This document shows positions 1-9,871 of a stretch of DNA of 35,027 nt, piece by piece. The stretch is from Chitinophaga pinensis (lineage in GTDB: Bacteria > Bacteroidota > Bacteroidia > UKL13-3): NCBI GenBank assembly GCA_943323675.2, contig CALPIR020000002.1:1-35027 (forward strand), given 5' to 3'. Both the position numbers and the translations under genes were made by a program. Under the pieces are notes generated by a model. The model was given only the letters and a program-made list of their open reading frames with translations. It had not been told where the DNA came from and ran no database searches. The stretch's first letter is position 1, and the number at the start of each line of letters is the position of its first letter.

Positions 1-1
1 A

Positions 2-2800
2 CTTTATACTTATGGTTGGAAAGGCTTAACTATGACCATGACTGATGCTCGTGGTTGTGTGTTTTCTTTGTTTAAGGATTCGGTTGTACAAGTTGCAGGT
101 GCAAGTACTAAGGTTGTGTTTGATAAATATACTGGCTGTACACCACTTGCTTTAACATCTTATGATAGCTCAACGTCTGATTACCCAATTATTAGACGGA
201 AATGGTTGTGGACTTCAACAGATTCAACAATTACCGATACACTAAAAAATGCATCATTTGTATTTAGTAAACCTCAAAGTATTCAGGCTGATGGTTATCC
301 CGTATCATTAATTATTACTGATAGTTTAGGTTGTGAGTTTATAGCCACTCAAAAAATTGTTCCATCAAGTCCAATTGCCGAAATTAATGTAACAAAGAAT
401 GTAACATGCGGCTCAACTCAATTGATTAATGCAGCTAATACAGATGGGAGTAAAGTTTTTTCGCCAGCCAATTATAGTTGGAAACAGGGTAGTTCAACTT
501 ATATTGGCTCTGTTTACAATACTATATTTAACTTGGCTGATTCAACTTATTTGTTTGAGCTAACCGTTGTAGATTCTAATGGATGTATAGCAAATACAGA
601 TACTTTGATTAAAATTAGCAATAAGAAAACAACACTTGCGTTTTATGCTAATCCGAGTGTAAGAGCTTGTTACTTTCCAATTGTGCCCATTCAGTTATTC
701 GATACATCTGCTGTTGGATCTAGTGGTATTAAGTCAAGATATTGGACATTTGCATCAAATACAAGTACCCAATTAAGTCCAATATTTACCATTAGCAAAC
801 CTGGTAAATATGATGTTAGTTTAACTGTTACAGATAGTGCAGGCTGCGTAGATTCGCTTAAAATTAAAGATTATTTAGATTTAGGTGGACCTATGGGAAG
901 TTATACCTATAGCCCAAATAAAGGATGTGCACCCCATACAGTAAGGTTTCAAGTATTATCTCCCAATGCGCGTTACCATATTTGGGATTTGGGTAACGGA
1001 TTAGTAGACACGATGAAAGTGTTAGACGAACCATATACCTATAATGATGCAGGGACTTACTATCCAAGACTAACTTTGTATGACAGTAGTGGTTTGTGTG
1101 GTTATTCTTTTGATGCTATTGATTCGATTATTGTATTCGATAAGCCTGAACCTGACTTTGTTTCTGATACAACTAAAATTTGCTTTAATACTGAACTTAC
1201 CTTTGAAAATATAACGCCCAACAAGTCAGCGATAGTAAATTGGAAATGGATATTTAATAATGAAGAAGTATTGGGTGAAGGACCTATTATTAAGAAGTTT
1301 ACCCAGGCAGGCAAATACAATATTACCTTGATTGCTATTGATTCTAATGGATGTAGTGATACCATTACAAAATCTGATACACTTACTGTTTATAATGATG
1401 TTGTCGCTCCAAATATTCCTTCAGTTCATAGGGCAACGGTTATCGATAACAGCTCTAATTTATTTGTATTTAATCCAAGTAAAGAAGAAGATTTTTACAG
1501 CTATCGAATTTTTTATAATTACCTGAGTGCTTCGCCTCAATCATTTATTGATGTTTTAGCGGTAGCTGATACCTTTTACTTAGAAACTGGAATTAATACG
1601 CTTTTAAATCCTTATTCATATGCTATATCGGCCATAGATATTTGTAAGAATAGGAGTGCCGTGTCTCCTACACATACTACAGTTGAACTAAAGGCTTGGC
1701 CAATTGATAATGCTATTAAATTATCGTGGAGTCCATACAAAGGGTTTGGATCTATCAAGCGTTACGAGATTTGGCGTAACAATCCAGACTCGGGAATTGC
1801 ATTTTACCAGATAAAAGATGTTTCAGCTGGAACACTACAATACATTGATACCTCAATTTCTTGTTTCACAAATTATTACTATCGAATAAAAACGGTAGCG
1901 ATGGATGCTGATACATCAAAATATAGTTGGAGTGATACAAGTGGAGCTACACCTGTATATGTAAGTAGTTTACCAGGTACTAAAATTGTTAGAGTTACAG
2001 TTGTGAATGATAAGCAAGTATTGTTACAATGGGCTAAGAAATCTTATGAAGTAAGTTTTAAATATTTGATATTTAGAATGCGTGATGATGAGGCTAGTGC
2101 TACTTTTTACAAGGAAGTGTCTGATACATTTATGATTGATGAAAATGTATTAGTAGATGAACATAGCTATTCATACTTTGTTTATTTAAAAGATGCTTGC
2201 GGAGGAATTAGCTTGCTAAGTAATGAAGCAAAGACAATTTTATTGACAGTAGATTTAGTAAGAAATGACAGAGGATTATATGACCCAATTGTTTATTACA
2301 CCAAGTATCGAGAGTGGGTTAATGGTGTAAATAATTATGATGTTTTGTTTTATTATGACTCATTGGGAGTATATAGTAAGGTCTCAACCAATTCTGCTTC
2401 CGATACAACTTTCATTCATCAATATTTAACCCTGCCTCAAAGAAACTATTGCTACTCGGTTATTGCCAATGAGCTTAACGGGAATAAAACAACAAGTCAA
2501 TCAAATATTACTTGTGTTGGAACAGAACCAAGGGTGTATGTTCCAAATGTGTTTACCATAAACGGTGATGGTATAAATGAACGTTTGGTTGTAGGTGGTT
2601 TATTTATTGAGAACTATAAGATAAATATTTTTGATAGGTGGGGAAATAACGTTTTTGAAAGCAATAATAGAGATCTGTCTTGGGATGGCAATTTAGATGG
2701 CAAGCCAATGCCTTCAGGTGTTTATGTTTATTTGATAGAAGTTACAGGAAGAAGTAAGCAAAGGGTTGAAGTAACGGGTACTGTTACTTTAATTAGATAA
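2..2800 (+). CDS. Large cell-surface adhesin-like protein with tandem PKD-like repeats and a T9SS type B (gliding-motility CHU_C-type) C-terminal sorting domain; 5' end lies outside the window
   Basis: The frame is open from nt 2, with no stop before the first ATG at 32, so the N-terminus is cut by the window edge. There are five recurring modules with a D-S-x-G-C signature (ITDSLGC, VVDSNGC, VTDSAGC, LYDSSGLC, AIDSNGC). The last ~90 aa (VPNVFTINGDGINE...IFDRWGNNVFE...WDGNLDGKPMPSGVYVYLIEV) fit the type B T9SS CTD pattern. Confidence 0.8.
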   Translation, partial: LYTYGWKGLTMTMTDARGCVFSLFKDSVVQVAGASTKVVFDKYTGCTPLALTSYDSSTSDYPIIRRKWLWTSTDSTITDTLKNASFVFSKPQSIQADGYPVSLIITDSLGCEFIATQKIVPSSPIAEINVTKNVTCGSTQLINAANTDGSKVFSPANYSWKQGSSTYIGSVYNTIFNLADSTYLFELTVVDSNGCIANTDTLIKISNKKTTLAFYANPSVRACYFPIVPIQLFDTSAVGSSGIKSRYWTFASNTSTQLSPIFTISKPGKYDVSLTVTDSAGCVDSLKIKDYLDLGGPMGSYTYSPNKGCAPHTVRFQVLSPNARYHIWDLGNGLVDTMKVLDEPYTYNDAGTYYPRLTLYDSSGLCGYSFDAIDSIIVFDKPEPDFVSDTTKICFNTELTFENITPNKSAIVNWKWIFNNEEVLGEGPIIKKFTQAGKYNITLIAIDSNGCSDTITKSDTLTVYNDVVAPNIPSVHRATVIDNSSNLFVFNPSKEEDFYSYRIFYNYLSASPQSFIDVLAVADTFYLETGINTLLNPYSYAISAIDICKNRSAVSPTHTTVELKAWPIDNAIKLSWSPYKGFGSIKRYEIWRNNPDSGIAFYQIKDVSAGTLQYIDTSISCFTNYYYRIKTVAMDADTSKYSWSDTSGATPVYVSSLPGTKIVRVTVVNDKQVLLQWAKKSYEVSFKYLIFRMRDDEASATFYKEVSDTFMIDENVLVDEHSYSYFVYLKDACGGISLLSNEAKTILLTVDLVRNDRGLYDPIVYYTKYREWVNGVNNYDVLFYYDSLGVYSKVSTNSASDTTFIHQYLTLPQRNYCYSVIANELNGNKTTSQSNITCVGTEPRVYVPNVFTINGDGINERLVVGGLFIENYKINIFDRWGNNVFESNNRDLSWDGNLDGKPMPSGVYVYLIEVTGRSKQRVEVTGTVTLIR

Positions 2801-2814
2801 TGGTTGGGTAATTG

Positions 2815-3831
2815 TTAAATATCCAACCACTCTTTAGCCGTTTTATATAGCATTTGTGATTTTTCTTCGGCACTTAAATCCGACATCAACTCTATGTATT
2901 TTCCGTGTTCTAAATCGCCTAGTGGGAAAGGAAAATCACTACCTAAAGCAATTCGTTCACTGCCAAATAATTTTAAATTGTAGCGTAATGCTTCTTCATC
3001 GTGCACTAAACTATCAATGTAAAACTTCTTAATATATTGGTATGGATCAGCTACATGATTGATGTTACATAAATCGGGGCGTGCATGGTAACCATGTGAA
3101 ACCCTACCAATGGTGTGCGGGAAACAACCTCCACCATGTGCAAACATTACGCGTAATTTTGGAAATTTATCAAAAACTCCGCCAAATATCATGCTGCATA
3201 TAGCACGCGATGTTTCTGCTGGCATCCCAACTAACCAGGGTAACCAAAACTTTTTCATTTTATCTTGCCCCATCATATCCCAAGGATGTATAAATAGACA
3301 CATACCTAATTTTTCAGCAGCTTCGTAAAACGGAAAAAATCGCTCATCATCTAAGTTGTAATCTAAAATATTTGTTGCAATTTCAACACCGGGTAAATTT
3401 AATTCGTATTTGCAACGCGTTAGTTCTTCAACAGCCAATGTGGTATCCTGCATAGGCAAAGTGCCTAAACCTACAAAACGGGTGGGGTAGTCGCGTTGAA
3501 TTTGTGCCAAATGGTTGTTAATATATTGGCTCCAATCGTGCGTATGTTCTGGTTTTGCCCAATAATAAAATAAAACAGGAATAGTAGATAAGGCCATCAA
3601 TTTCACGTCATGTTTATCCATGTGTTGAATAATGGCTTTGGGATCCCAGCACATATCATCAATAGCCCTGAAAAATGTTCCATCCGCTTTCATCATATTT
3701 GCACGACCGGGTTGGTAATGGTCTAAGTATATAAACTCATCACCATAACCATATCGTTCCTTTAAGTTTGGAATAAACTCGGGCATAATGTGCGCATGAA
3801 CATCTATTTTATAAGGTGCTGTTGTAATCAT
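2815..3831 (-). CDS. ACMSD-family amidohydrolase (2-amino-3-carboxymuconate-6-semialdehyde decarboxylase-like)
   Basis: 338-aa ORF with metal-ligand motifs in ACMSD order: IDVHAHI (HxH), FIHPWD, FAHGGG, GSDFPFP. I recognise the long block WLPWLVGMPAETSRAICSMIFGGVFDKFPKLRVMFAHGGG as nearly identical to animal ACMSD. Confidence 0.8.
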   Translation of the reverse strand: MITTAPYKIDVHAHIMPEFIPNLKERYGYGDEFIYLDHYQPGRANMMKADGTFFRAIDDMCWDPKAIIQHMDKHDVKLMALSTIPVLFYYWAKPEHTHDWSQYINNHLAQIQRDYPTRFVGLGTLPMQDTTLAVEELTRCKYELNLPGVEIATNILDYNLDDERFFPFYEAAEKLGMCLFIHPWDMMGQDKMKKFWLPWLVGMPAETSRAICSMIFGGVFDKFPKLRVMFAHGGGCFPHTIGRVSHGYHARPDLCNINHVADPYQYIKKFYIDSLVHDEEALRYNLKLFGSERIALGSDFPFPLGDLEHGKYIELMSDLSAEEKSQMLYKTAKEWLDI

Positions 3832-3861
3832 GTTGTTGTGATGAAATTATATTAGAATAAT

Positions 3862-3887
3862 AAGCCCATTGCATAAGAAATGGGTTT
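3862..3887 (-). terminator. Possible weak intrinsic terminator after uxs
   Basis: Hairpin aagcccatt / aatgggttt (6 G-C/A-T core pairs plus A-T and G-U extensions, 8-nt loop) 13 nt downstream of the uxs stop. The trailing tract on the minus strand (attattct) is only moderately U-rich. Confidence 0.35.
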
Positions 3888-3899
3888 GTTTTGATGACA

Positions 3900-4880
3900 T
3901 CAAAACGAACGATGATTTGCTGTTTTGTGTAATTCTTCAGGACTTAAACTCTTAAAATAATCGTATGTAATTTTTAAACCTTCGGCACGACTAACTTTTG
4001 GCTCCCAGCCCAGAATTTCGCGCGCCTTGGTAATATCTGGTCTACGTTGTTTTGGATCGTCTGTTGGTAAAGGTTTTGATATTAGTTTCTGCTTAGTTCC
4101 TGTAAGTTTAATGATTTCTTCGCCAAATTCTTTGATGGTAATTTCATCAGGGTTACCAATGTTTACCGGATAAGGATAGTCGCTTAATAACAAGCGGTAA
4201 ATACCTTCCACCAAATCATCAACATAACAAAAAGAACGTGTTTGTGAGCCATCACCAAACATGGTTAAATCTTCACCACGTAAAGCTTGACCTATAAATG
4301 CAGGCAATACACGTCCATCATTAAGGCGCATACGCGGACCATAAGTATTAAAAATACGTATGATACGAGTTTCTAATCCATGATAGGTATGGTAAGCCAT
4401 GGTCATGGCTTCTTGAAAACGTTTTGCTTCATCATACACACCACGTGGACCAACAGGATTCACATTTCCCCAATATTCTTCTGGTTGTGGATGCACAGTA
4501 GGGTCGCCATAAACTTCACTTGTTGATGCAATTAATACACGGGCTTTTTTAACACGCGCCAATCCTAAACAATTATGAATACCCAACGAACCAACCTTTA
4601 ATGTTTGAATTGGAATTTTTAAATAATCTATTGGACTTGCAGGCGAAGCAAAATGTAAGATGTAATCTATTTTACCAGGAACGTGAATAAACTTGCTTAC
4701 ATCGTGGTGGTAAAACTCAAACTCTTTGAGCTTAAATAAATGTTCGATATTTTTTAAATCACCCGTAATTAGGTTGTCCATGCCCACTACATCATACCCT
4801 TCTTTTATAAATCTATCACACAAATGCGAGCCTAAAAATCCGGCTGCACCTGTAATTAAAACGCGTTTTTTTGTAGTCAT
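3900..4880 (-). CDS. uxs: UDP-glucuronate decarboxylase (UDP-xylose synthase-type extended SDR)
   Basis: Motifs: [17 protein letters not shown] Rossmann motif, YDEAKR (YxxxK catalytic pair), HFASPASP and the [14 protein letters not shown] block typical of UXS. I trimmed the ORF-track start (4931) to the ATG at 4880 ([11 protein letters not shown]) so the Rossmann motif sits at the N-terminus. Confidence 0.85.
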   Translation of the reverse strand: MTTKKRVLITGAAGFLGSHLCDRFIKEGYDVVGMDNLITGDLKNIEHLFKLKEFEFYHHDVSKFIHVPGKIDYILHFASPASPIDYLKIPIQTLKVGSLGIHNCLGLARVKKARVLIASTSEVYGDPTVHPQPEEYWGNVNPVGPRGVYDEAKRFQEAMTMAYHTYHGLETRIIRIFNTYGPRMRLNDGRVLPAFIGQALRGEDLTMFGDGSQTRSFCYVDDLVEGIYRLLLSDYPYPVNIGNPDEITIKEFGEEIIKLTGTKQKLISKPLPTDDPKQRRPDITKAREILGWEPKVSRAEGLKITYDYFKSLSPEELHKTANHRSF

Positions 4881-5000
4881 GTTTTGTTGTTTATAGTTCA
4901 CTGTTCGCGGTTTCGGATTCGTTACATCCACCTCTTATCCTCTTTTGAAGGAGGACGGTTAATTTATTTCGGTTGGTGATTTTTTTCCAACTTCCAGCCT

Positions 5001-6323
5001 CTATTTTTTATTAATTCCAATGCAGTAATATTCAAAACCTAATTCTTTCATTTCATCTTGTTCATAAATGTTACGTCCGTCAAAAATGGTTTTTTGTTTA
5101 AGCAATTTACCAATTACGTTAAAGTTTGGTGAGCGAAACTCCGGCCATTCTGTTGCGATTAATAGTGCATCGGCATCAATTAAGGTGTCGTAAGGGTCTT
5201 TGCAATAGCTGATGGTTTCACCCAATGTTTTTTGTGCTTCATGCATAGCAACGGGGTCATATGCAATTACCTTAGCACCTGCAGCTAATAGTTTTTCAAT
5301 AATAACTAACGAGGGAGCTTCACGCATATCATCTGTTTTAGGCTTAAATGATAAGCCCCAAAGCGCAAATGTTTTTCCCTTTAATTGCCCATCAAAATGG
5401 TTAGATATTTTATTAAATAACACCAATTTTTGGTCATCGTTAACATCTTCTACCGCTTGTAAAATACGTAAATCATGGCCATATTCTTTTGCTGTTTTTA
5501 CCAAAGCTTTTACATCTTTAGGAAAACAAGATCCACCATAACCAATACCAGGGTAAATAAACTTATTACCAATGCGAGGGTCGCTGCCAATACCTTTGCG
5601 CACCCAGTTTACATCTGCACCAACCAATTCACATAAATTGGCAATATCATTCATAAAACTAATTTTTGTGGCAAGCATTGCATTGGCTGCATACTTGGTC
5701 ATTTCGGCACTGGCTATATCCATAAAAATTATGGGATGACCATTTAGTAAAAACGGTTTGTACAGCTTACGCATAATGTCTTCAGCCTTTTTACTTTCTA
5801 TACCCACCACAATTCTATCAGGCTTCAAGAAATCATCAACAGCAGCTCCTTCTTTTAAAAATTCAGGGTTACTGGCAACATCGAACGTAATGTTAACACC
5901 ACGTTTATCTAAAGCTGCTTGTACTTCTGCTTTTACCTTGTGCGATGTGCCAACAGGAACAGTACTCTTGGTAACCACCACACCATATTCGTTCATGTGT
6001 TGACCAATCTCATTAGCAACACCTAATACATATTTTAAATCGGCACTGCCATCTTCGCCTGGGGGTGTTCCAACAGCAATAAAGGCCACATCGGCATCTT
6101 TAATGCTCTCGCTTAGGTTGGTGCTAAATTTCAACCTTCCGGCTTCCGTATTTCGCGACACTAACTCTTCTAAGCCAGGTTCATATATTGGTAAAATTCC
6201 ATTTTTTAAATTTTCAATTTTATTTTTGTCTATATCAACACAAATTACGTTGATACCCACTTCGGCAAAACAAGTTCCGGTTACTAAGCCTACATATCCA
6301 GTTCCTACAACTACTATTTTCAT
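5001..6323 (-). CDS. ugd: UDP-glucose 6-dehydrogenase
   Basis: [19 protein letters not shown]-binding N-terminus, [10 protein letters not shown] catalytic-Cys motif, ~440 aa. I trimmed the track start (6374) to the ATG at 6323. This leaves a 1-nt gap to the stop of the upstream degT-like gene (6325). Confidence 0.9.
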   Translation of the reverse strand: MKIVVVGTGYVGLVTGTCFAEVGINVICVDIDKNKIENLKNGILPIYEPGLEELVSRNTEAGRLKFSTNLSESIKDADVAFIAVGTPPGEDGSADLKYVLGVANEIGQHMNEYGVVVTKSTVPVGTSHKVKAEVQAALDKRGVNITFDVASNPEFLKEGAAVDDFLKPDRIVVGIESKKAEDIMRKLYKPFLLNGHPIIFMDIASAEMTKYAANAMLATKISFMNDIANLCELVGADVNWVRKGIGSDPRIGNKFIYPGIGYGGSCFPKDVKALVKTAKEYGHDLRILQAVEDVNDDQKLVLFNKISNHFDGQLKGKTFALWGLSFKPKTDDMREAPSLVIIEKLLAAGAKVIAYDPVAMHEAQKTLGETISYCKDPYDTLIDADALLIATEWPEFRSPNFNVIGKLLKQKTIFDGRNIYEQDEMKELGFEYYCIGINKK

Positions 6324-6324
6324 T

Positions 6325-7473
6325 TTATTTTTTAGATGCTGATTGTTGTTTACAAAATTCGTTGATGTGACCAATAATAAATTCTATTTGGTCGAAAGTT
6401 ACCTCAGGACTCATTGGTAGAGAAATAACTTTACCGCAAAGGCTTTCGGTTACGGGTAAAGAGCCCAAGGGATAATTTTCAGATTGATAAGCTTTTTGCA
6501 GATGCAATGGAATAGGGTAGTAAACCATTGAAGGTATTTGTTTTTCTGCAAGATATTCGCGCAATTCGTCACGGTTAATACCTTTACATTTTAGGGTGTA
6601 TTGATGAAAAACATGGGTTGATTTTTTTACCCGAGTTGGTATTTCAAAGTTTGGATGGTTGGCAAATGCTTCATCATACTTTTTTGCCACATTATTACGT
6701 GCATTTTCACAAGCTGTTAATGTTTGTAGTTTAACATTAAGTATGGCGGCTTGTATGGTGTCTAATCTTGAGTTAACGCCTACGTCATCGTGATGGTATT
6801 GTATACTTTGTCCATGGTTGGCAATCATTTTAATGCGTTTTTCAAGCAATTCATTACGCGTAAACATTGCACCACCATCTCCCATACAACCTAAGTTTTT
6901 TGAAGGAAAAAAGGAAGTACAACCAATATCGCCAATTGTACCTGCATGTAAAACATTGCCGTTTTGGAAAGTATATTTAGCACCAATTGCCTGCGCTGTA
7001 TCTTCGATCACAAATAAATTATGCTTTTTGGCAAGATGCATTATTGTCTCCATGTCTGCACATTGGCCAAACAAATGAACAGGCACTATGGCCTTTGTTT
7101 TTGAGGTTATGGCCTTTTCTATTTGCGAAACATCTATTAGAAAATCATCATTATTTACATCAACTAAAACAGGGGTTAACCCTAAGAGTTTTATTACTTC
7201 GGCCGTTGCAACGTATGTAAATGCAGGTAATATTACCTCATCCCCAAGTTTTAAATTCAATGCCATCATTGCAATTTGAAGAGCATCTGTTCCATTAGCA
7301 CAGGGTACTACATATGGTACATCTAAGTATTTGGCTAGGTTATGTTTAAATTCTGCCACCTCAGGGCCATTGATATACCTAGCAGATTGAATTACGCGCG
7401 CAATGGCCTCATCCAACTGGTGTTGTATTTTTTGGTGTTGCTGCTGTAAATCAACCATTTGTATAGGTCTCAT
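6325..7473 (-). CDS. DegT/DnrJ/EryC1/StrS-family PLP-dependent nucleotide-sugar aminotransferase
   Basis: 382 aa with NGTDALQIA, the [16 protein letters not shown] lysine-containing motif and a [12 protein letters not shown] block typical of sugar aminotransferases. It is first in a co-directional degT-ugd-uxs arrangement. Confidence 0.8.
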   Translation of the reverse strand: MRPIQMVDLQQQHQKIQHQLDEAIARVIQSARYINGPEVAEFKHNLAKYLDVPYVVPCANGTDALQIAMMALNLKLGDEVILPAFTYVATAEVIKLLGLTPVLVDVNNDDFLIDVSQIEKAITSKTKAIVPVHLFGQCADMETIMHLAKKHNLFVIEDTAQAIGAKYTFQNGNVLHAGTIGDIGCTSFFPSKNLGCMGDGGAMFTRNELLEKRIKMIANHGQSIQYHHDDVGVNSRLDTIQAAILNVKLQTLTACENARNNVAKKYDEAFANHPNFEIPTRVKKSTHVFHQYTLKCKGINRDELREYLAEKQIPSMVYYPIPLHLQKAYQSENYPLGSLPVTESLCGKVISLPMSPEVTFDQIEFIIGHINEFCKQQSASKK

Positions 7474-7500
7474 GTTGTATGCAATTTGTTACTTAGGTAA

Positions 7501-7530
7501 CAAATATAATTAATGATGCAGGCAAACAAA
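7501..7530 (-). promoter_or_regulatory. Bacteroidota-type promoter for degT-ugd-uxs (-33 TTTG, -7 TATATTTG)
   Basis: The minus strand reads TTTGTTTGCCTGCATCATTAATTATATTTG. That is a perfect TAnnTTTG box (7508..7501) with a TTTG 18 nt upstream (7530..7527). The box ends 27 nt before the degT ATG. Confidence 0.4.
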
Positions 7531-7539
7531 GATTTCTGT

Positions 7540-7547
7540 TATTTTTG
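7540..7547 (+). promoter_or_regulatory. Candidate -7 box (TATTTTTG) for the unknown-protein/waaA operon
   Basis: Perfect TAnnTTTG match 19 nt upstream of the ATG at 7567. No matching -33 TTTG at the expected spacing. Confidence 0.35.
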
Positions 7548-7566
7548 GACCAAGATTTATTTAATT

Positions 7567-8331
7567 ATGCGAAAAACCATCTTGCTTATTTTTATTGTTT
7601 TGGGGTCACTTCAAGTTATTGCCCAAAAGAAAATTTGGGTAGGCAAAAGCAGCAAAATATTTAACTTTCAGTTTCACTATACACATATTACCCCTGGTGG
7701 CGATTTTGCGAGTAGGTTTAATGAGTTTAACTCTATGGGTGCAGGTTTTTTATTTAAAAACACACATAATATGTTATTTGGTGCCGATGGTAGTTATCAT
7801 TTTGGCAATAATCTTAAACCATCAAACATGCTTAATAATTTAACCAACAGTGTTGGTGCTATTAATACCAATTCAGGTACACCTGCTTTGGTTAGTATGG
7901 GAATGCGTGGATTTAGTGTGTTGGGTAAGCTTGGATATTTGATTCCATTAAGTAGTAAAAACAGAAATACAGGGATAAAAATCATGTTTGGCGGTGGTTT
8001 GGTAATGCATAAAGTCAATATCAATATCACTCAAAATAATGTACCTAGTTTAACTGAAGATAGGGTAGCGGGATATGATAGGTATAGCAGTGGTTGGGCA
8101 TTGAGCCAGTTTATTGGATACCAGCATCACAGTGTTAATAGGTATACTAATTTTTATGTTGGTGCGGAGTTGATGCAGGCATACACTTACAATAGACGTA
8201 AATTTAATTATGATGAGATGCAATACGATTTAAAAATGCACAATGATTTTTATTATGGTGTTCGTTTTGCATGGATGATTCCTGTATACATGCGAACAAA
8301 AGCGGGTAGTGACGAGTTTATTTTTGAGTAA
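7567..8331 (+). CDS. Secreted hypothetical protein, possibly an outer-membrane beta-barrel
   Basis: Signal peptide MRKTILLIFIVLGSLQVIAQ begins at the ATG at 7567; the track start 7513 would put it internal and would overlap the divergent promoter. The protein is Gly/Asn/Tyr-rich with alternating hydrophobic stretches. Its stop overlaps the waaA start (TAATG). I recognise no family. Confidence 0.55.
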   Translation: MRKTILLIFIVLGSLQVIAQKKIWVGKSSKIFNFQFHYTHITPGGDFASRFNEFNSMGAGFLFKNTHNMLFGADGSYHFGNNLKPSNMLNNLTNSVGAINTNSGTPALVSMGMRGFSVLGKLGYLIPLSSKNRNTGIKIMFGGGLVMHKVNINITQNNVPSLTEDRVAGYDRYSSGWALSQFIGYQHHSVNRYTNFYVGAELMQAYTYNRRKFNYDEMQYDLKMHNDFYYGVRFAWMIPVYMRTKAGSDEFIFE

Positions 8332-9560
8332 TGATTTACGATTTAGCAATATTCTTGTACGGACTTGCAATTAGTGCAGCCTCTTTTTTTCAAAAAAAAG
8401 CAACGCTGCTAAAACTTGGACGTAAAAATACTTTAAAGCAACTTGCTAATTTTAATCGTGATCCATTAAAAAAATTAGCATGGTTTCATTGCGCTTCATT
8501 AGGCGAGTTTGAGCAAGCAAGGCCGTTAATTGAAAAACTTAAAGCGCAACAAAACATACAAATTGCTGTTAGTTTTTTTTCTCCATCGGGTTATGAGATT
8601 CGTAAAAATTATGAGTTGGCCGATGTAGTATTTTACTTACCAGCCGATACGCCTAAAAATGCTGATTTTGTATTAGGAGCGATAAAACCCGATGTGGTGT
8701 TTTTTGTTAAGTACGAAATATGGCTACACTATATTAAAGCAATTAAACATCGAAGTATTCCCCTTTATTTAATATCAGCAACTTTTCGTTCAGCTCAAAT
8801 TTATTTTAGATGGTATGGCGCTGCCTTTAAAAGTGCTTTAAAAAGTTTCGATTTAATATTTACGCAAGACCATACATCAACCCATATTTTGCAAAGAAAT
8901 GGCATTGATAATGTGCTTATGAGTAACGATACTCGTTACGACAGGGTTTACGAAACATGCCAAAATCCTAAGCCGTTGCCTATTGTAGAAGCATTTAAAC
9001 AGCAACAACGGTTATTGGTTGTAGGAAGTAGTTATGCTCATGAAGAAAAGTTAGTAGCACGATATTTAGAAGTCAATAAAAATGTAAAAATTATTATTGC
9101 TCCTCACGAAATTTCGGATGAGCGAATCGCTGAAGTGGAGGTAATATTCAAAAAATTTACGGCTATAAAATACTCGTTAGCTGATGAATTTTCTGTGCGA
9201 GATAAACAAATTCTTATTATTGATAATATTGGATTACTATCATCCATTTATCAGTATGGTGATATAGCTTTAGTTGGCGGTGGTTTCGGTAAAAAAGGTA
9301 TACATAACACATTAGAGGCAGCTACCTTTGGCATGCCTATTTTTATTGGACCGAATAACCATGACAAGTTTCCTGAAGTAAATATTTTGCACGGGGCAGG
9401 CGTTTTATTTTATATTTCATCTCAAGAAGAGCTAGATAATAAAATATTGTCATTTATAAACAATGCCAATTTACTTTATGATGTAAAACGAAATAGCATT
9501 TTGGTAATGTCATCGCATCGCGGAGCAACAAATTTAATTCTTAGTAAAGTACAAATTTAG
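8331..9560 (+). CDS. waaA: 3-deoxy-D-manno-octulosonic acid (Kdo) transferase
   Basis: WFHCASLGEFEQARPLIEKLK (the HxxSxGE motif of Kdo transferases), FFSPSG, the APHE block and GGGF...GIHNTLEAATFGMPIFIGPN C-terminal GT motif; 409 aa. Confidence 0.85.
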   Translation: MIYDLAIFLYGLAISAASFFQKKATLLKLGRKNTLKQLANFNRDPLKKLAWFHCASLGEFEQARPLIEKLKAQQNIQIAVSFFSPSGYEIRKNYELADVVFYLPADTPKNADFVLGAIKPDVVFFVKYEIWLHYIKAIKHRSIPLYLISATFRSAQIYFRWYGAAFKSALKSFDLIFTQDHTSTHILQRNGIDNVLMSNDTRYDRVYETCQNPKPLPIVEAFKQQQRLLVVGSSYAHEEKLVARYLEVNKNVKIIIAPHEISDERIAEVEVIFKKFTAIKYSLADEFSVRDKQILIIDNIGLLSSIYQYGDIALVGGGFGKKGIHNTLEAATFGMPIFIGPNNHDKFPEVNILHGAGVLFYISSQEELDNKILSFINNANLLYDVKRNSILVMSSHRGATNLILSKVQI

Positions 9561-9568
9561 TTTTAATG

Positions 9569-9871
9569 TTACTTGCCTAATAAACTGCCTAACCCTGGAA
9601 GTCCGCCCATTAAGTTTTTCATTTCATTTGCCGAAACCATTTCTGATTTGTTGATGGCATCTTCAATGGCGATACACAAATAATCCTGCAATTCAAATTT
9701 GCGTTCTGGCAGCACTAAATAAGTTTCAATGTGTACATTTTTTACTTTTTTATTGCCATCCATTGTTATGGTAACATCGCCTGATGCTGCTTGACCTTGA
9801 ACGGTAACACCAGATAAACGATGCTTAATTTCTTCTACTTTTTTTTGTGCTTCTGCTAATTTTCCGAACAT
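9569..9871 (-). CDS. ybaB: YbaB/EbfC-family nucleoid-associated protein
   Basis: 100 aa. MFGKLAEAQKKVEEIK..., a GDVTITMDGNKKVKNVHIE core and a GLPGLG tail are characteristic of this family. Confidence 0.8.
   Translation of the reverse strand: MFGKLAEAQKKVEEIKHRLSGVTVQGQAASGDVTITMDGNKKVKNVHIETYLVLPERKFELQDYLCIAIEDAINKSEMVSANEMKNLMGGLPGLGSLLGK

Noticed and set aside
4881-4931. N-terminal extension of the uxs ORF; likewise 6324-6374 for ugd and 7513-7566 for the unknown secreted protein
   Set aside because: The extensions precede canonical N-terminal features: Rossmann GxGxxG motifs within the first ~15 aa, or a signal peptide. For ugd the extension would overlap the upstream gene. For 7513 it would overlap both divergent promoter boxes. 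I preferred the internal ATGs.
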